From the NCBI GenBank assembly GCA_045645065.1, contig JAZRIB010000010.1, positions 12,196 through 76,195 on the forward strand: 64,000 nt of DNA. The letters run 5' to 3'. The DNA comes from Candidatus Enterousia sp. (GTDB lineage Bacteria > Pseudomonadota > Alphaproteobacteria > Rs-D84). A model generated the notes under the pieces. That model made no database searches. It was given only the letters and a program-made list of their open reading frames with translations, and was not told where the DNA came from. Positions 53,810-63,573 of this stretch are shown here, piece by piece (position 1 is the stretch's first letter; the number at the start of each line of letters is the position of its first letter). Position numbers and translations under genes: made by a program.

Positions 53810-56800
53810 CTAAATATCCAACAGCTGCTGCTGGGTGTTGCCTTCGCGTGCAAGACGTTCCGCCTTTTCTTCTTCTTTGGCAATTTCGCGTACGCGACGG
53901 ACATATGCACCCGTCCCAATTGGAATCAAACGACCAACAATTAAGTTTTCGTTGATACCAACCAATTTGTCGGTTGAACCAGAAATCGCGGCGTCAACCA
54001 GAACCTTGGTCGTCTGTTGGAACGATGCGTTCGAAATGAACGAACGTGATGTCAGGGACGCGCGTGTCAAACCAACCAATACCTGGGACGCTTCGGCGAC
54101 ACGGCCACCATCACGGGCAACACGGGCATTTTCTTCTTCGAAATCAACACGGTCTACAACCTGGCCCATCAAGAATCCAGTATCACCTGGGTTCGTGATT
54201 TCAACACGGCGTGTCATTTCACGTATCAGAATTTCGATGTGTTTGTCATTAATCGTCACACCCTGAAGACGATAAACCTGCTGAATCTGGTCAACCATAA
54301 ATGTTGCCAAGGCTTTCTGGCCCAAGATACGCAAGATGTCTTGTGGAACAGGGTCACCGTCAACCAATTTATCCGCTTTCTTTACAACGTCACCACTGCG
54401 TACCAACAGGTTTGTCCCCTTTGGAACTGCGTATTCAACAGGTGCGCTGCCATCGTCTGGTTCGATACGGATGATGATTTTTGATTTTGCATCTTCTAAA
54501 TCAATTGTACCGTCGATTTCAGCCAATAACGCTGGGTTTGTTGGACGACGTACTTCCAGTAATTCATTAACGCGTGGCAAACCACCAGTAATGTCGCCTG
54601 TACGCTTTGTCTGAACTGGGATACGTGCGATGATATCACCCGCGTGAACAGTGTCACCATTTGCAACGTTCAAGATAGAATAGATTGGCAACAGATATTC
54701 TGCAACCTTTTTACCCCCCAGATTGATAACATTACCCTTGGCATCAACCAATGTAACCGCTGGTTTCAATGCTTTCTTGGTGTTTGTTTTCCAGTTAATA
54801 ACCTTGCGTGAAACGATACCAGTCATAGAATCAACTTCTTCTTGGAACGATACGTTTTCAACCAGGTCATTATAGCTTACTGTACCATCTGCTTCGGCGA
54901 TGATTGTGTTGGAATATGGATCCCATTCTGCAACCTTAACGCCTTTTTCAACAGTGTCACCGTCGTTAACAATCAACATAGACGCATATGGTAATGCACA
55001 GCTGAACAATTCTTTGCCTTCGTCATCAACAATGGCGATTTTACCATTGCGTGACAATACAACGACACGGCCTGCACTGTTCTTAATCGTGTTAACGCCA
55101 GACAGTTTGATACGACCTGCAACAGGAACTTCGATAAAGTGGCTGTCTGTGCCACCGGCCGCAATACCACCAATGTGGAAGGTACGCAATGTCAACTGGG
55201 TACCTGGTTCACCAATGGATTGACCTGCGATAACACCAACTGCTTCGCCGACGTGTACCAATGCATTACGTGACAAGTCCATACCATAACATTTTGCACA
55301 CAGACCGTCACTGCAACATGTCAGAACACTGCGAACGTCAACAGATGGCAAACCGGATTCATTAATTGCCTTAGCCGCTGCTTTGGTAATCAATTCGCCG
55401 GCTGGAACAATGACTTCTTTGGTCAATGGATGAACGATGTCATGTGCCGTGGTGCGACCCAATACTACGTCGCCCAATGGAACAGACAATGTTGAACCCT
55501 GGTAAACAGGCTTGGCGGTGATGAATTCAGTTGTACCGCAATCGTGTTCAGTAATAACTGTATTCTGGGCCAATTCAACCAAACGACGTGTCAAGTAACC
55601 CGCGTCAGCCGTTTTCAAAGCCGTGTCCGACATACCTTTACGCGCACCGTGGGTGGATGTAAAGTATTCAGACATAGTCAGACCTTCTTTAAAGTTCGAA
55701 ATAATTGGAACTTCGATAATAGAACCGTCTGGCTTCTGCATCATACCACGCATACCTGCCAACTGCTGAATCTGACGTTTGGAACCACGCGCACCAGATA
55801 ACGCCATCATATATACAGAATTCCAATTGTCACCGGTTGTTTTACCCAGCGCAGCATACGCCATATCACCCAGTTTATCGGTTGTTTTATTCCACATATC
55901 AACCAGTTTGTTATAGCGTTCACCACCAGACAACAAACCGTTCTGATATTGTTCTTCGATTTCCTCAGCGGCCTTTTCAGATTGAGCAATGATATCTTTC
56001 TTTTCTGCTGGAATAACGATGTCGTCATAACCAATGGAAATACCACTGCGGGCAGCCTGTTCAAAACCGGTATTCTTTAACGCGTCAGCCAACAGAATTG
56101 TTTCTTTGTCGCCACAACGTTCATATGTTGTTGCCAACAAGGCCTTGATTTCTTTAACTGGCATAACTTTGTTCACCAAATCAAATGGCATCTTGTCAGA
56201 CTTTGGCAATAATTCGCCCAAAATCATACGACCCGCTGTTGTTTTATATGTTTTGCCATTAATACGTGCAACAATTGGTGTGTGCAGTGTAATAGACTTG
56301 TTTTCCAATGCCAATTTCACTTCGTCCATATTTGCAAAACGTGGCGATTTATCGTCGTGTTCACCGTTAATCAATGAAATATAGTAAACACCCAAAACCA
56401 TGTCCTGGGATGGAACAATCATTGGTTCACCGTTCGCAGGCGACAAAACGTTGTTCGAAGACAACATTAATGTGCGTGCTTCCAATTGTGCTTCCAACGA
56501 AATTGGAACGTGAACAGACATCTGGTCACCGTCAAAGTCAGCATTAAAGCCCTTACATACCAATGGGTGCAGACGGATTGCCTTGCCCTCAATCAATACT
56601 GGTTCAAATGCCAGCAGCGACAAACGGTGCAATGTTGGTGCACGGTTTAACAATACAGGATGTTCATAGATAACCTTTTCCAGGATTTCCCATACAACAT
56701 CTTCACCGTTTTCAACCATCTTGCGGGCTGTTTTCAATGTGTTTGCATAATCACCAGCCAACAGACGTGCAAAAACAAATGGCTTAAACAATTCCAACGC

Positions 56801-57919
56801 CATTGTTTTTGGAAGTCCAACCTGGTGCAATTTTAATGATGGACCAGATACGATAACCGAACGACCAGAATAGTCAACACGTTTACCCAACATGTTCATA
56901 CGGAAACGACCAGATTTACCGCGCAATGAATCAGACAATGATTTCAATGGACGACGGTTCTGGGAAACCATTGGACGTGCCTTGTGGCCGTTATCAAACA
57001 ATGAATCAACCGCTTCTTGTAACATACGTTTTTCGTTGCGAATGATGATGTCTGGGGCGTGCATTTCCATAAAACGTTTCAAACGATTGTTACGGGTAAT
57101 AACACGACGATACAAATCATTCAGGTCAGATGCCGCAACATGCCCCGCATCCAATGTTACCAATGGACGCATATCTGGTGGGATAACCGGGATAATATCC
57201 GGCATCATCCATGCTGGGTTCGTTTTAGAATCCAAGAACGCTTCGACCAATTTTAACTGTTTAATAATAGCTTTGCGTTTTGTTTCAGATTTTGTATCCG
57301 TCAATTCTGCACGCAGGCGTGTGCGTTCATCGCCCATATCCAGGTTTTCGATAATCGCGCGTACCCCTTCGGCACCGATACCAACGCGGAATGCGTCTGC
57401 ACCAAATTCTTCAACAGCCGCCTGGTATTCATCTTCGCTGATTACATCGTACAATTTCAGGTTTGTTAAGCCTGGTTCAATAACAATGTATGCATCGTAT
57501 GAAATAACCTGTTCTAATTTCTTTTGTGGCAGATTGTTTAACAAAGTCGCAATTTTACCTTCGCGCAGGAACCATGTGTGCGCAACAGGCATCGCTAATT
57601 TAATGTGCCCCATACGTTCACGACGAACAGCAGATGGGCCAACTTCGACCCCGCAACGTTCGCAAACAACACCACGATATTTAATGCGTTTATATTTACC
57701 GCATGCACATTCATAATCTTTGACCGGACCAAAAATCTGCTGGCAGAACAGACCTTCTGCTTCTGGTTTCAGCGAATGATAGTTAATTGTTTCAGGCTTC
57801 TTAACTTCGCCAAATGACCAAGACAGAATTTCTTCGGGTGACGCAATTGTAATGCGTAACGCGTCAAACTGTTCTTTGGTTTCGATTTGTCCAAATATCT
57901 TTTGCAACATATTGCTCAT
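53810..57919 (-). CDS. rpoC: DNA-directed RNA polymerase subunit beta'
   Basis: 1369 aa. A zinc-binding CxCGKY...C..CGVE block, the catalytic NADFDGDQM motif, and bridge-helix and trigger-loop blocks. Confidence 0.98.
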   Translation of the reverse strand: MSNMLQKIFGQIETKEQFDALRITIASPEEILSWSFGEVKKPETINYHSLKPEAEGLFCQQIFGPVKDYECACGKYKRIKYRGVVCERCGVEVGPSAVRRERMGHIKLAMPVAHTWFLREGKIATLLNNLPQKKLEQVISYDAYIVIEPGLTNLKLYDVISEDEYQAAVEEFGADAFRVGIGAEGVRAIIENLDMGDERTRLRAELTDTKSETKRKAIIKQLKLVEAFLDSKTNPAWMMPDIIPVIPPDMRPLVTLDAGHVAASDLNDLYRRVITRNNRLKRFMEMHAPDIIIRNEKRMLQEAVDSLFDNGHKARPMVSQNRRPLKSLSDSLRGKSGRFRMNMLGKRVDYSGRSVIVSGPSLKLHQVGLPKTMALELFKPFVFARLLAGDYANTLKTARKMVENGEDVVWEILEKVIYEHPVLLNRAPTLHRLSLLAFEPVLIEGKAIRLHPLVCKGFNADFDGDQMSVHVPISLEAQLEARTLMLSSNNVLSPANGEPMIVPSQDMVLGVYYISLINGEHDDKSPRFANMDEVKLALENKSITLHTPIVARINGKTYKTTAGRMILGELLPKSDKMPFDLVNKVMPVKEIKALLATTYERCGDKETILLADALKNTGFEQAARSGISIGYDDIVIPAEKKDIIAQSEKAAEEIEEQYQNGLLSGGERYNKLVDMWNKTTDKLGDMAYAALGKTTGDNWNSVYMMALSGARGSKRQIQQLAGMRGMMQKPDGSIIEVPIISNFKEGLTMSEYFTSTHGARKGMSDTALKTADAGYLTRRLVELAQNTVITEHDCGTTEFITAKPVYQGSTLSVPLGDVVLGRTTAHDIVHPLTKEVIVPAGELITKAAAKAINESGLPSVDVRSVLTCCSDGLCAKCYGMDLSRNALVHVGEAVGVIAGQSIGEPGTQLTLRTFHIGGIAAGGTDSHFIEVPVAGRIKLSGVNTIKNSAGRVVVLSRNGKIAIVDDEGKELFSCALPYASMLIVNDGDTVEKGVKVAEWDPYSNTIIAEADGTVSYNDLVENVSFQEEVDSMTGIVSRKVINWKTNTKKALKPAVTLVDAKGNVINLGGKKVAEYLLPIYSILNVANGDTVHAGDIIARIPVQTKRTGDITGGLPRVNELLEVRRPTNPALLAEIDGTIDLEDAKSKIIIRIEPDDGSAPVEYAVPKGTNLLVRSGDVVKKADKLVDGDPVPQDILRILGQKALATFMVDQIQQVYRLQGVTINDKHIEILIREMTRRVEITNPGDTGFLMGQVVDRVDFEEENARVARDGGRVAEASQVLVGLTRASLTSRSFISNASFQQTTKVLVDAAISGSTDKLVGINENLIVGRLIPIGTGAYVRRVREIAKEEEKAERLAREGNTQQQLLDI

Positions 57920-57946
57920 TATATTTTGCTCCTTATAAAATAGTTT

Positions 57947-58011
57947 TTAGTTGTTAGTGGCTAGTGGTTAGGGTGTGGGGAACAATTCCCCACACCAATG
58001 CTAACAACTAA
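57947..58011 (-). repeat. Nested inverted repeat (two 11-bp stems) filling the rpoB-rpoC intergenic region
   Basis: Outer stem TTAGTTGTTAG (57947-57957) pairs with CTAACAACTAA (58001-58011, overlapping the rpoB stop). Inner stem GGTGTGGGGAA (57972-57982) pairs with TTCCCCACACC (57986-57996) around a 3-nt loop. Confidence 0.6.
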
Positions 58012-61000
58012 TCTACTTTCTTTGGTGTCATTGCCAGACCCAATCCACGCAATTCGCGAACGAATACGTTGAATGCTTCTGGGGTTCCGGTCTGGATATC
58101 ATTGCTGCCGGAAATGATGGATTCATACATCTTGTTTCGGCCTGTGATATCGTCAGATTTAACCGTTAACATTTCACGCAACAGGTGGGCTGCACCGTGT
58201 GCTTCCAGTGCCCATACTTCCATTTCACCCAAACGCTGGCCACCCATGTGGGCTTTACCAGACAATGGCTGTTGTGTGACCAATGAATAGTTACCAATTG
58301 AACGTGCGTGAATCTTTTCATCAACAAAGTGATGCAGTTTCAACATGTACATAACGCCAACTGTTACAGGACGTGCAAACTTTTCACCCGTCATACCGTC
58401 GTACAAGTCAAACTGACCTGTTTCCGGTAATCCTGCCAATTTCAGCATTGAACGAATGTCTTCTGGGGTTGCACCGTCAAATGTTGGTGTCGCCATTGGA
58501 ACACCGTCACGCAATAATGCAGCCTGGGCGCGAACGTCTGTGTCCGTCATTTTTTCCAGTTTTTCGGCAACTTCGCCACCATAGACCTTGCCCATGATTG
58601 TACGTAAATCGTCTGTAACCGCACGTTTTGCCTTTACTTCGTCCAAAACAGCACCGATTTGTGCACCCAATGTGCGCGCCGCCATACCAAGGTGGGTTTC
58701 CAAAATCTGACCAATGTTCATACGTGATGGTACGCCCAATGGGTTCAGAACAATGTCAACCGGTGTACCGTCGGCCAAGTGTGGCATGTCTTCGACTGGA
58801 ACAACTTTGGATACAATACCCTTGTTCCCGTGACGACCCGCCATTTTATCACCCGGCTGCAATTTCATTTTGTGTGCGATGTAAACCTTGACTTCTTTCA
58901 AGACACCCGCATTCAATGAATTGCTTTCGGTTGCTTTTGCAACTTCGGCATCGGCTTCTTCGTTTAACTGTTTCAATTTCAGAACGTGCTGTTCACGCAG
59001 TTCATCAATCTTGGCTTGCGCTTCTTTGTTTTTAACGACCAGTTTTTTCACATCAGATGGACGGATACCTTCGAATACTTCGGCGGTCAATTTTTTACCA
59101 ATAAATGGTTTCAAGCTGCCTGTACCCGCTTCGATAACCATGCCTTCTGCAATCTGGAAGATTTGATCTGCAAAGCCTTTTTCGATGATATTCGTTTCTT
59201 CTTCACGGTCTTTGTTAATCTTTTCGATTTTCTGCAATTCAATCATCTGGGTACGTTCGTCTTTCTTTACCCCGTGACGGGTCAGAACGTTAACACCGAT
59301 AACTGTACCTTCTTCGTTTGGACCAACGCGCAGTGATGTATCCTTTACATTCAAAGCTTTTTCACCAAAGATGTTACGCAACAGTGCTTCTTCTGGGGTT
59401 AATAATGTTTCAGATTTTGGTGAAACACGACCAACCAAGATGTCGCCCTGTTTTACGCGTGCGCCAACATAGATGATACCGGATTCGTCCAGATTCTTTA
59501 ATGCTTCTTCGCTTACGTTTGGAATATCGCGTGTGAAACTTTCTGGGCCCAACTGTGTATCACGGACTTTGAATTCTTTTTCAACGATTTTTACAGATGT
59601 AAATACGTCGTCGCGTGAAATCTTTTCCGAGATAACAATAGAGTCTTCGTAGTTATAACCACGCCATGGCATAAATGCCACCAATACGTTGCGACCCAGC
59701 GCCAATTCACCATAGTTCATTGATGAACCGTCGGCAATAATGTCGCCCGCAGAGATGCGGTCGCCAACCTTGACCAATGGTTTTTGGTGAACCAGGGTTT
59801 CACTGTTGCTGCGTTCAAATTTTTCCAGGTTATAAATATCAACCCCAGTTACGACGTTGCGGCTGTTCATACATTTAACCACGATACGGTTTGCATCCAC
59901 AGATTCAACAACACCACTGCGTTTTGCAACCTTACCTGTGCGGGAATCACGTGCAACTTCGCGTTCGATACCAGTTCCGACCAATGGTGCCTGGACGCGC
60001 AATAATGGAACGCCCTGGCGCTGCATGTTCGAACCCATCAACGCACGGTTCGCGTCGTCGTTTTCAACGAATGGAATCAAACCGGTTGCAATTGATACCA
60101 CCTGGCGTGGTTCAACGTCGATTAAGTCAATTTCTTCTTTTGGAACCATGGTAAATTCGCCATCAACACGGGCTGTTACCGTGTCATCAGCCAAAATACC
60201 GTCTTTGGTTGTTGGGGTGTTACCCTGGGCAATTTTGTGTCCCAATTCTTCGTCCGCAGTCAGATATACCATCTTGTCTGTGATACGGCTGTTTTCAACA
60301 ACATAGTATGGTGTTTCAATAAAGCCATATGGATTTACACGTGCATATGTTGACAAGTGGTTAATCAGACCAATATTCGCACCTTCTGGGGTGTGAATTG
60401 GGCATAAACGACCATAGTGTGTTGGGTGAACGTCACGAACGTCAATACCTGCACGATCACGGTTCAAACCACCAGGACCCAATGCCGAAATCAAACGTTT
60501 GTGTTCCAGTTCAGACAATGGATTGTATGCATCCATAAACTGGGACAATTGTGATGTACCCAAGAATTCAGATACCAATGACATCAATGGTTTTACATTG
60601 ATAACGTCTTGTGGTTGCATATTGGCAATGTTTGGAGATGACAAAGCTTCACGAACCAGACGTTCAATACGAATCATACCGGTACGGAAATTCTGTTCCA
60701 ACAATTCGCCAACTGTGCGAACACGACGATTTGACAGGTTATCAATATCATCAACTGTATCCTTGCGGTCGATAATGTTTGTTAATGTTTTCAATACCGC
60801 CAAGAAGTCGCCCTTAGTCAATAAACGTTCATCTTCTGGTTTTTTACCAGAATCAATTTTCAAACGTTTGTTCATCTTGAAACGACCAACCGCAGACAAA
60901 TCATAGTACGCAGGTTCAAAGCCCTGGCGCATAAACAGATTAATTGCCGCTTCCAGTGTTGGACGTTCGCCTGGACGGATAATGTTATAGATTTCAATCA

Positions 61001-62144
61001 AGGCTTCTTCGCGGTTTGTTGTTTTATCTGCCAACAACGTATTGCGCATATGAGCCGTGATTGTTGTGTTATCAATTGAAATCAAGCTGATTTCTTTGAC
61101 GTTCATTTTATCCAAATCATTCAGGACTTCTTCGGTGATTTCTGTACCGGATGGCATTACAACTTCGTCACCAGACATGATTGGATCAAACAGATATTCA
61201 CCAACCAAGGATTCTGGCATAATACCGAATGTCTTGGACGCATCCATAATCTTTTTCAAGCGTTTCGCGTTCAGACGATCGCCCTTAGACGCCAAGACTT
61301 TTTTGTCTTTTGGATTAATCAAGTCAAAGTTTAAGCGATATTTATCCAGACCTTCGAATGATGCGACATCGCCAACCCACAATTTGCCATCAAATTTCAA
61401 CCCAATGCGGTTATAGAATGTGCCCAAAATTTCTGTATCGGACATACCGCGGATTGTGGCTTTGCGTGGTTCAGCCAACCATTTCTTTTCATCTTCGGCA
61501 GCCGGCAAGCAACGCAACAGAACCGTTGCAGGAACCTTGCGACGACGGTCGATACGTACATAGATTACACCCTTAGATTCTTCGAAATCAATCCAAGAAC
61601 CATGTTCTGGGATAATACGTGCTGTGTATGTGATTGGATTACCCGCAACTTTGGCTTCTTTGGTTGGTGCAAACACAACGCCCTGGGCACGGTGCATCTG
61701 GGAAACGATAACACGTTCAACACCCGATGCGATAAAGCTGCCGCGTTCGGTCATTAACGGCACTTCGCCCATAAATATTTCTTGTTCCTTGATGTCACGC
61801 AGAGTCTTTTTACCATCTTCTGCGACATCCCATAAAATCAATCTCAGCTTCAATTTCAGCTTGCTGGAATATGTCATATTGCGCAGCATGCATTCTTTTA
61901 CATTGTAAACAGGCTTGTCCAATGTGTATTCTACAAATTCCAGGTCGGCAATGCCGGCATAGTCTTTGATTGGGAACATTGACGAGAACACGTTCTGTAA
62001 ACCAACATTTTTACGGTTTTGTGGCGCAACGTCAGCCTGCAAAAAGTCTTTGTAGGAATCGTATTGAATTTCAACTAAATCAGGAAGCGGAGTTTGCAAA
62101 AAACTTTTACCAAAAGATTTTCTAAGTTTCTGGATTACTGCCAT
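58008..62144 (-). CDS. rpoB: DNA-directed RNA polymerase subunit beta
   Basis: About 1378 aa from ATG 62144 (MAVIQKLRKSFGK). The rifampicin-region block (GTSQLSQFMD..NPLSE..HKRL.SALGPGGL) and the C-terminal catalytic blocks (GRHGNKGIVSK, HARSIGNYSLVTQQPLSGKAHMGGQRLGEMEVWALEAHGAAH) are present. Confidence 0.98.
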   Translation of the reverse strand: MAVIQKLRKSFGKSFLQTPLPDLVEIQYDSYKDFLQADVAPQNRKNVGLQNVFSSMFPIKDYAGIADLEFVEYTLDKPVYNVKECMLRNMTYSSKLKLKLRLILWDVAEDGKKTLRDIKEQEIFMGEVPLMTERGSFIASGVERVIVSQMHRAQGVVFAPTKEAKVAGNPITYTARIIPEHGSWIDFEESKGVIYVRIDRRRKVPATVLLRCLPAAEDEKKWLAEPRKATIRGMSDTEILGTFYNRIGLKFDGKLWVGDVASFEGLDKYRLNFDLINPKDKKVLASKGDRLNAKRLKKIMDASKTFGIMPESLVGEYLFDPIMSGDEVVMPSGTEITEEVLNDLDKMNVKEISLISIDNTTITAHMRNTLLADKTTNREEALIEIYNIIRPGERPTLEAAINLFMRQGFEPAYYDLSAVGRFKMNKRLKIDSGKKPEDERLLTKGDFLAVLKTLTNIIDRKDTVDDIDNLSNRRVRTVGELLEQNFRTGMIRIERLVREALSSPNIANMQPQDVINVKPLMSLVSEFLGTSQLSQFMDAYNPLSELEHKRLISALGPGGLNRDRAGIDVRDVHPTHYGRLCPIHTPEGANIGLINHLSTYARVNPYGFIETPYYVVENSRITDKMVYLTADEELGHKIAQGNTPTTKDGILADDTVTARVDGEFTMVPKEEIDLIDVEPRQVVSIATGLIPFVENDDANRALMGSNMQRQGVPLLRVQAPLVGTGIEREVARDSRTGKVAKRSGVVESVDANRIVVKCMNSRNVVTGVDIYNLEKFERSNSETLVHQKPLVKVGDRISAGDIIADGSSMNYGELALGRNVLVAFMPWRGYNYEDSIVISEKISRDDVFTSVKIVEKEFKVRDTQLGPESFTRDIPNVSEEALKNLDESGIIYVGARVKQGDILVGRVSPKSETLLTPEEALLRNIFGEKALNVKDTSLRVGPNEEGTVIGVNVLTRHGVKKDERTQMIELQKIEKINKDREEETNIIEKGFADQIFQIAEGMVIEAGTGSLKPFIGKKLTAEVFEGIRPSDVKKLVVKNKEAQAKIDELREQHVLKLKQLNEEADAEVAKATESNSLNAGVLKEVKVYIAHKMKLQPGDKMAGRHGNKGIVSKVVPVEDMPHLADGTPVDIVLNPLGVPSRMNIGQILETHLGMAARTLGAQIGAVLDEVKAKRAVTDDLRTIMGKVYGGEVAEKLEKMTDTDVRAQAALLRDGVPMATPTFDGATPEDIRSMLKLAGLPETGQFDLYDGMTGEKFARPVTVGVMYMLKLHHFVDEKIHARSIGNYSLVTQQPLSGKAHMGGQRLGEMEVWALEAHGAAHLLREMLTVKSDDITGRNKMYESIISGSNDIQTGTPEAFNVFVRELRGLGLAMTPKKVD

Positions 62145-62182
62145 GGGTTTTAGTCCTTTTTTCTGTGCGTTTTGCAAACGTT

Positions 62183-62364
62183 AGCAGGGCAAAAAGAAAA
62201 TTCTTAAACAAATTGTGAATAAAATTTATCAAAGATATCAGATAATTAAATAATTAACTGCAAATTTTTATTTGAATGTATGACATACATCCTGCATAAA
62301 AATTTTTGTTTCTTCTTTAATTATCTTGCCACAATTTATTTAACAGTCTCCTTTTTGCCCTGCT
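62183..62364 (-). repeat. ~180-nt long imperfect inverted repeat in the rplL-rpoB intergenic region
   Basis: Perfect 14-bp terminal arms AGCAGGGCAAAAAG (62183-62196) and CTTTTTGCCCTGCT (62351-62364). Internal paired blocks are TTAAAcAAATTGTG/CACAATTTaTTTAA and AGATAATTAAA/TTTAATTATCT, with an apical near-palindrome GAATGTATGACATACATCC. Confidence 0.6.
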
Positions 62365-62492
62365 TTTGTCTTGTTCTTTAGACTTTCGTCTTTTACGCCT
62401 TTGTGCCCGTATGAGATTTTCATCCCACACGGGCGGCGTTTTTGCCATATTTTCATATGGCGGATTTTTGAACCTTGCGGTTACATATTGAA

Positions 62493-62858
62493 TTATTTCA
62501 ATTCAACTTTGGCACCGGCGGCTTCGATTGTAGCTTTCATTTTTTCAGCTTCATCTTTTGCTACGCCTTCTTTAACTGCCTTTGGTGCAGATTCAACCAA
62601 AGCTTTCGCTTCGCCCAAACCTAAACCAGTGATGTCTTTTACAGCCTTGATAACAGCCAATTTGTTTGCACCGACTTCGGCCAATACAACATCAAATTCG
62701 CTCTTTTCTTCTGCAGCAGCTGCAACAGGACCAGCAGCAACTGCAACAGCAGCAGCAGCACTTACGCCCCATGTTTCTTCTAACGCTTTGGACAATTCAA
62801 CTGCTTCCAAAACGGTCAATTTTGACAATTCTTCAACTAATTTCTGAATGTCTGCCAT
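62493..62858 (-). CDS. rplL: 50S ribosomal protein L7/L12
   Basis: [34 protein letters not shown]..., an Ala-rich hinge, and a C-terminal [24 protein letters not shown]... Confidence 0.95.
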   Translation of the reverse strand: MADIQKLVEELSKLTVLEAVELSKALEETWGVSAAAAVAVAAGPVAAAAEEKSEFDVVLAEVGANKLAVIKAVKDITGLGLGEAKALVESAPKAVKEGVAKDEAEKMKATIEAAGAKVELK

Positions 62859-62904
62859 TTTTTACTCCTAAGTTTTCTTTTAGGTCAGAATATAATATTC
62901 TGCT

Positions 62905-63384
62905 TTATTGTTCTTTTTTTCCATACTCTGCGGATACACGTGCCAAGCGCGATGCAGGTTCGACCAAAATACGCGCAATTGTACCACGGATTTCCAACAG
63001 CGAAGGAAGCTTGGATAATTCTAATACGCCGTTACAGTCCATAACGTCCGCATCCATTTTACCACCGACGATTGTCAAATTTGGGTGTGATTCCGCAAAT
63101 TTTGCCAATACTTTGGTAACCGCCAAGCCATCTGTCGCAACAGCAACTGCGGTTGGGCGTTTCAGCATATCGGATACAGGTTCGAAATCAGTGTCTTTTA
63201 ACGCCAATTTCATCAAACGGTTTTTAACAACTTTGAATACAGAAACCAATGGGCGCAACTCATTACGCAGACCTTCGAATTCCTGTACAGTCAAGCCGTG
63301 GTTTTCAACTACGAAAACACCGTTCGCTTCTTTTAAGGACGACTGTAACGCTGAAATCAAATCTGATTTTTCTTCGCGTTTCAT
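62905..63384 (-). CDS. rplJ: 50S ribosomal protein L10
   Basis: The start is set at ATG 63384 (MKREEKSDLISALQSSLKEANGVFVVENHGLTVQEFEGLRNELR) behind GAAGGAAAT. The 222-aa track ORF is a 5' extension through the leader. Confidence 0.95.
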   Translation of the reverse strand: MKREEKSDLISALQSSLKEANGVFVVENHGLTVQEFEGLRNELRPLVSVFKVVKNRLMKLALKDTDFEPVSDMLKRPTAVAVATDGLAVTKVLAKFAESHPNLTIVGGKMDADVMDCNGVLELSKLPSLLEIRGTIARILVEPASRLARVSAEYGKKEQ

Positions 63385-63573
63385 CTTTATTTCCTTCAAG
63401 CTTCTGTTTTTGTTAACTTTCCATCCGGGTTGCCCCGGGTGGGGCTTTGGTTCCTGCCCCAAAGAATTTGTTCTTTGTCTATGATGGCAATTAAGCAACG
63501 GTTTCGTCACACCATCAGTCTTGGACAGAAATCTGTTTATGCGACGCATGTTTTCACATACGCCGCATTTCAA
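63385..63573 (-). promoter_or_regulatory. rplJ 5' leader, probable L10(L12)4 autoregulatory leader RNA
   Basis: A 189-nt untranslated gap between rplA and rplJ contains GC-rich paired segments (for example GGGCAGGAACCAAAGCCCC / ACCCGGGGCAACCCGG on the minus strand). The position matches the known L10 leader, but I did not verify the fold. Confidence 0.45.

Noticed and set aside
56892-57716. Long ORFs antisense to rpoC, rpoB and rplJ/rplL (for example 56892-57716 at 274 aa, 59857-60306, 62371-62847, 62666-63484).
   Set aside because: They are completely nested opposite highly conserved genes. Their translations are Ser/Arg/Thr-rich low-complexity with no motifs, SD or promoter. This is the usual codon-bias artefact on the antisense strand of highly expressed genes.
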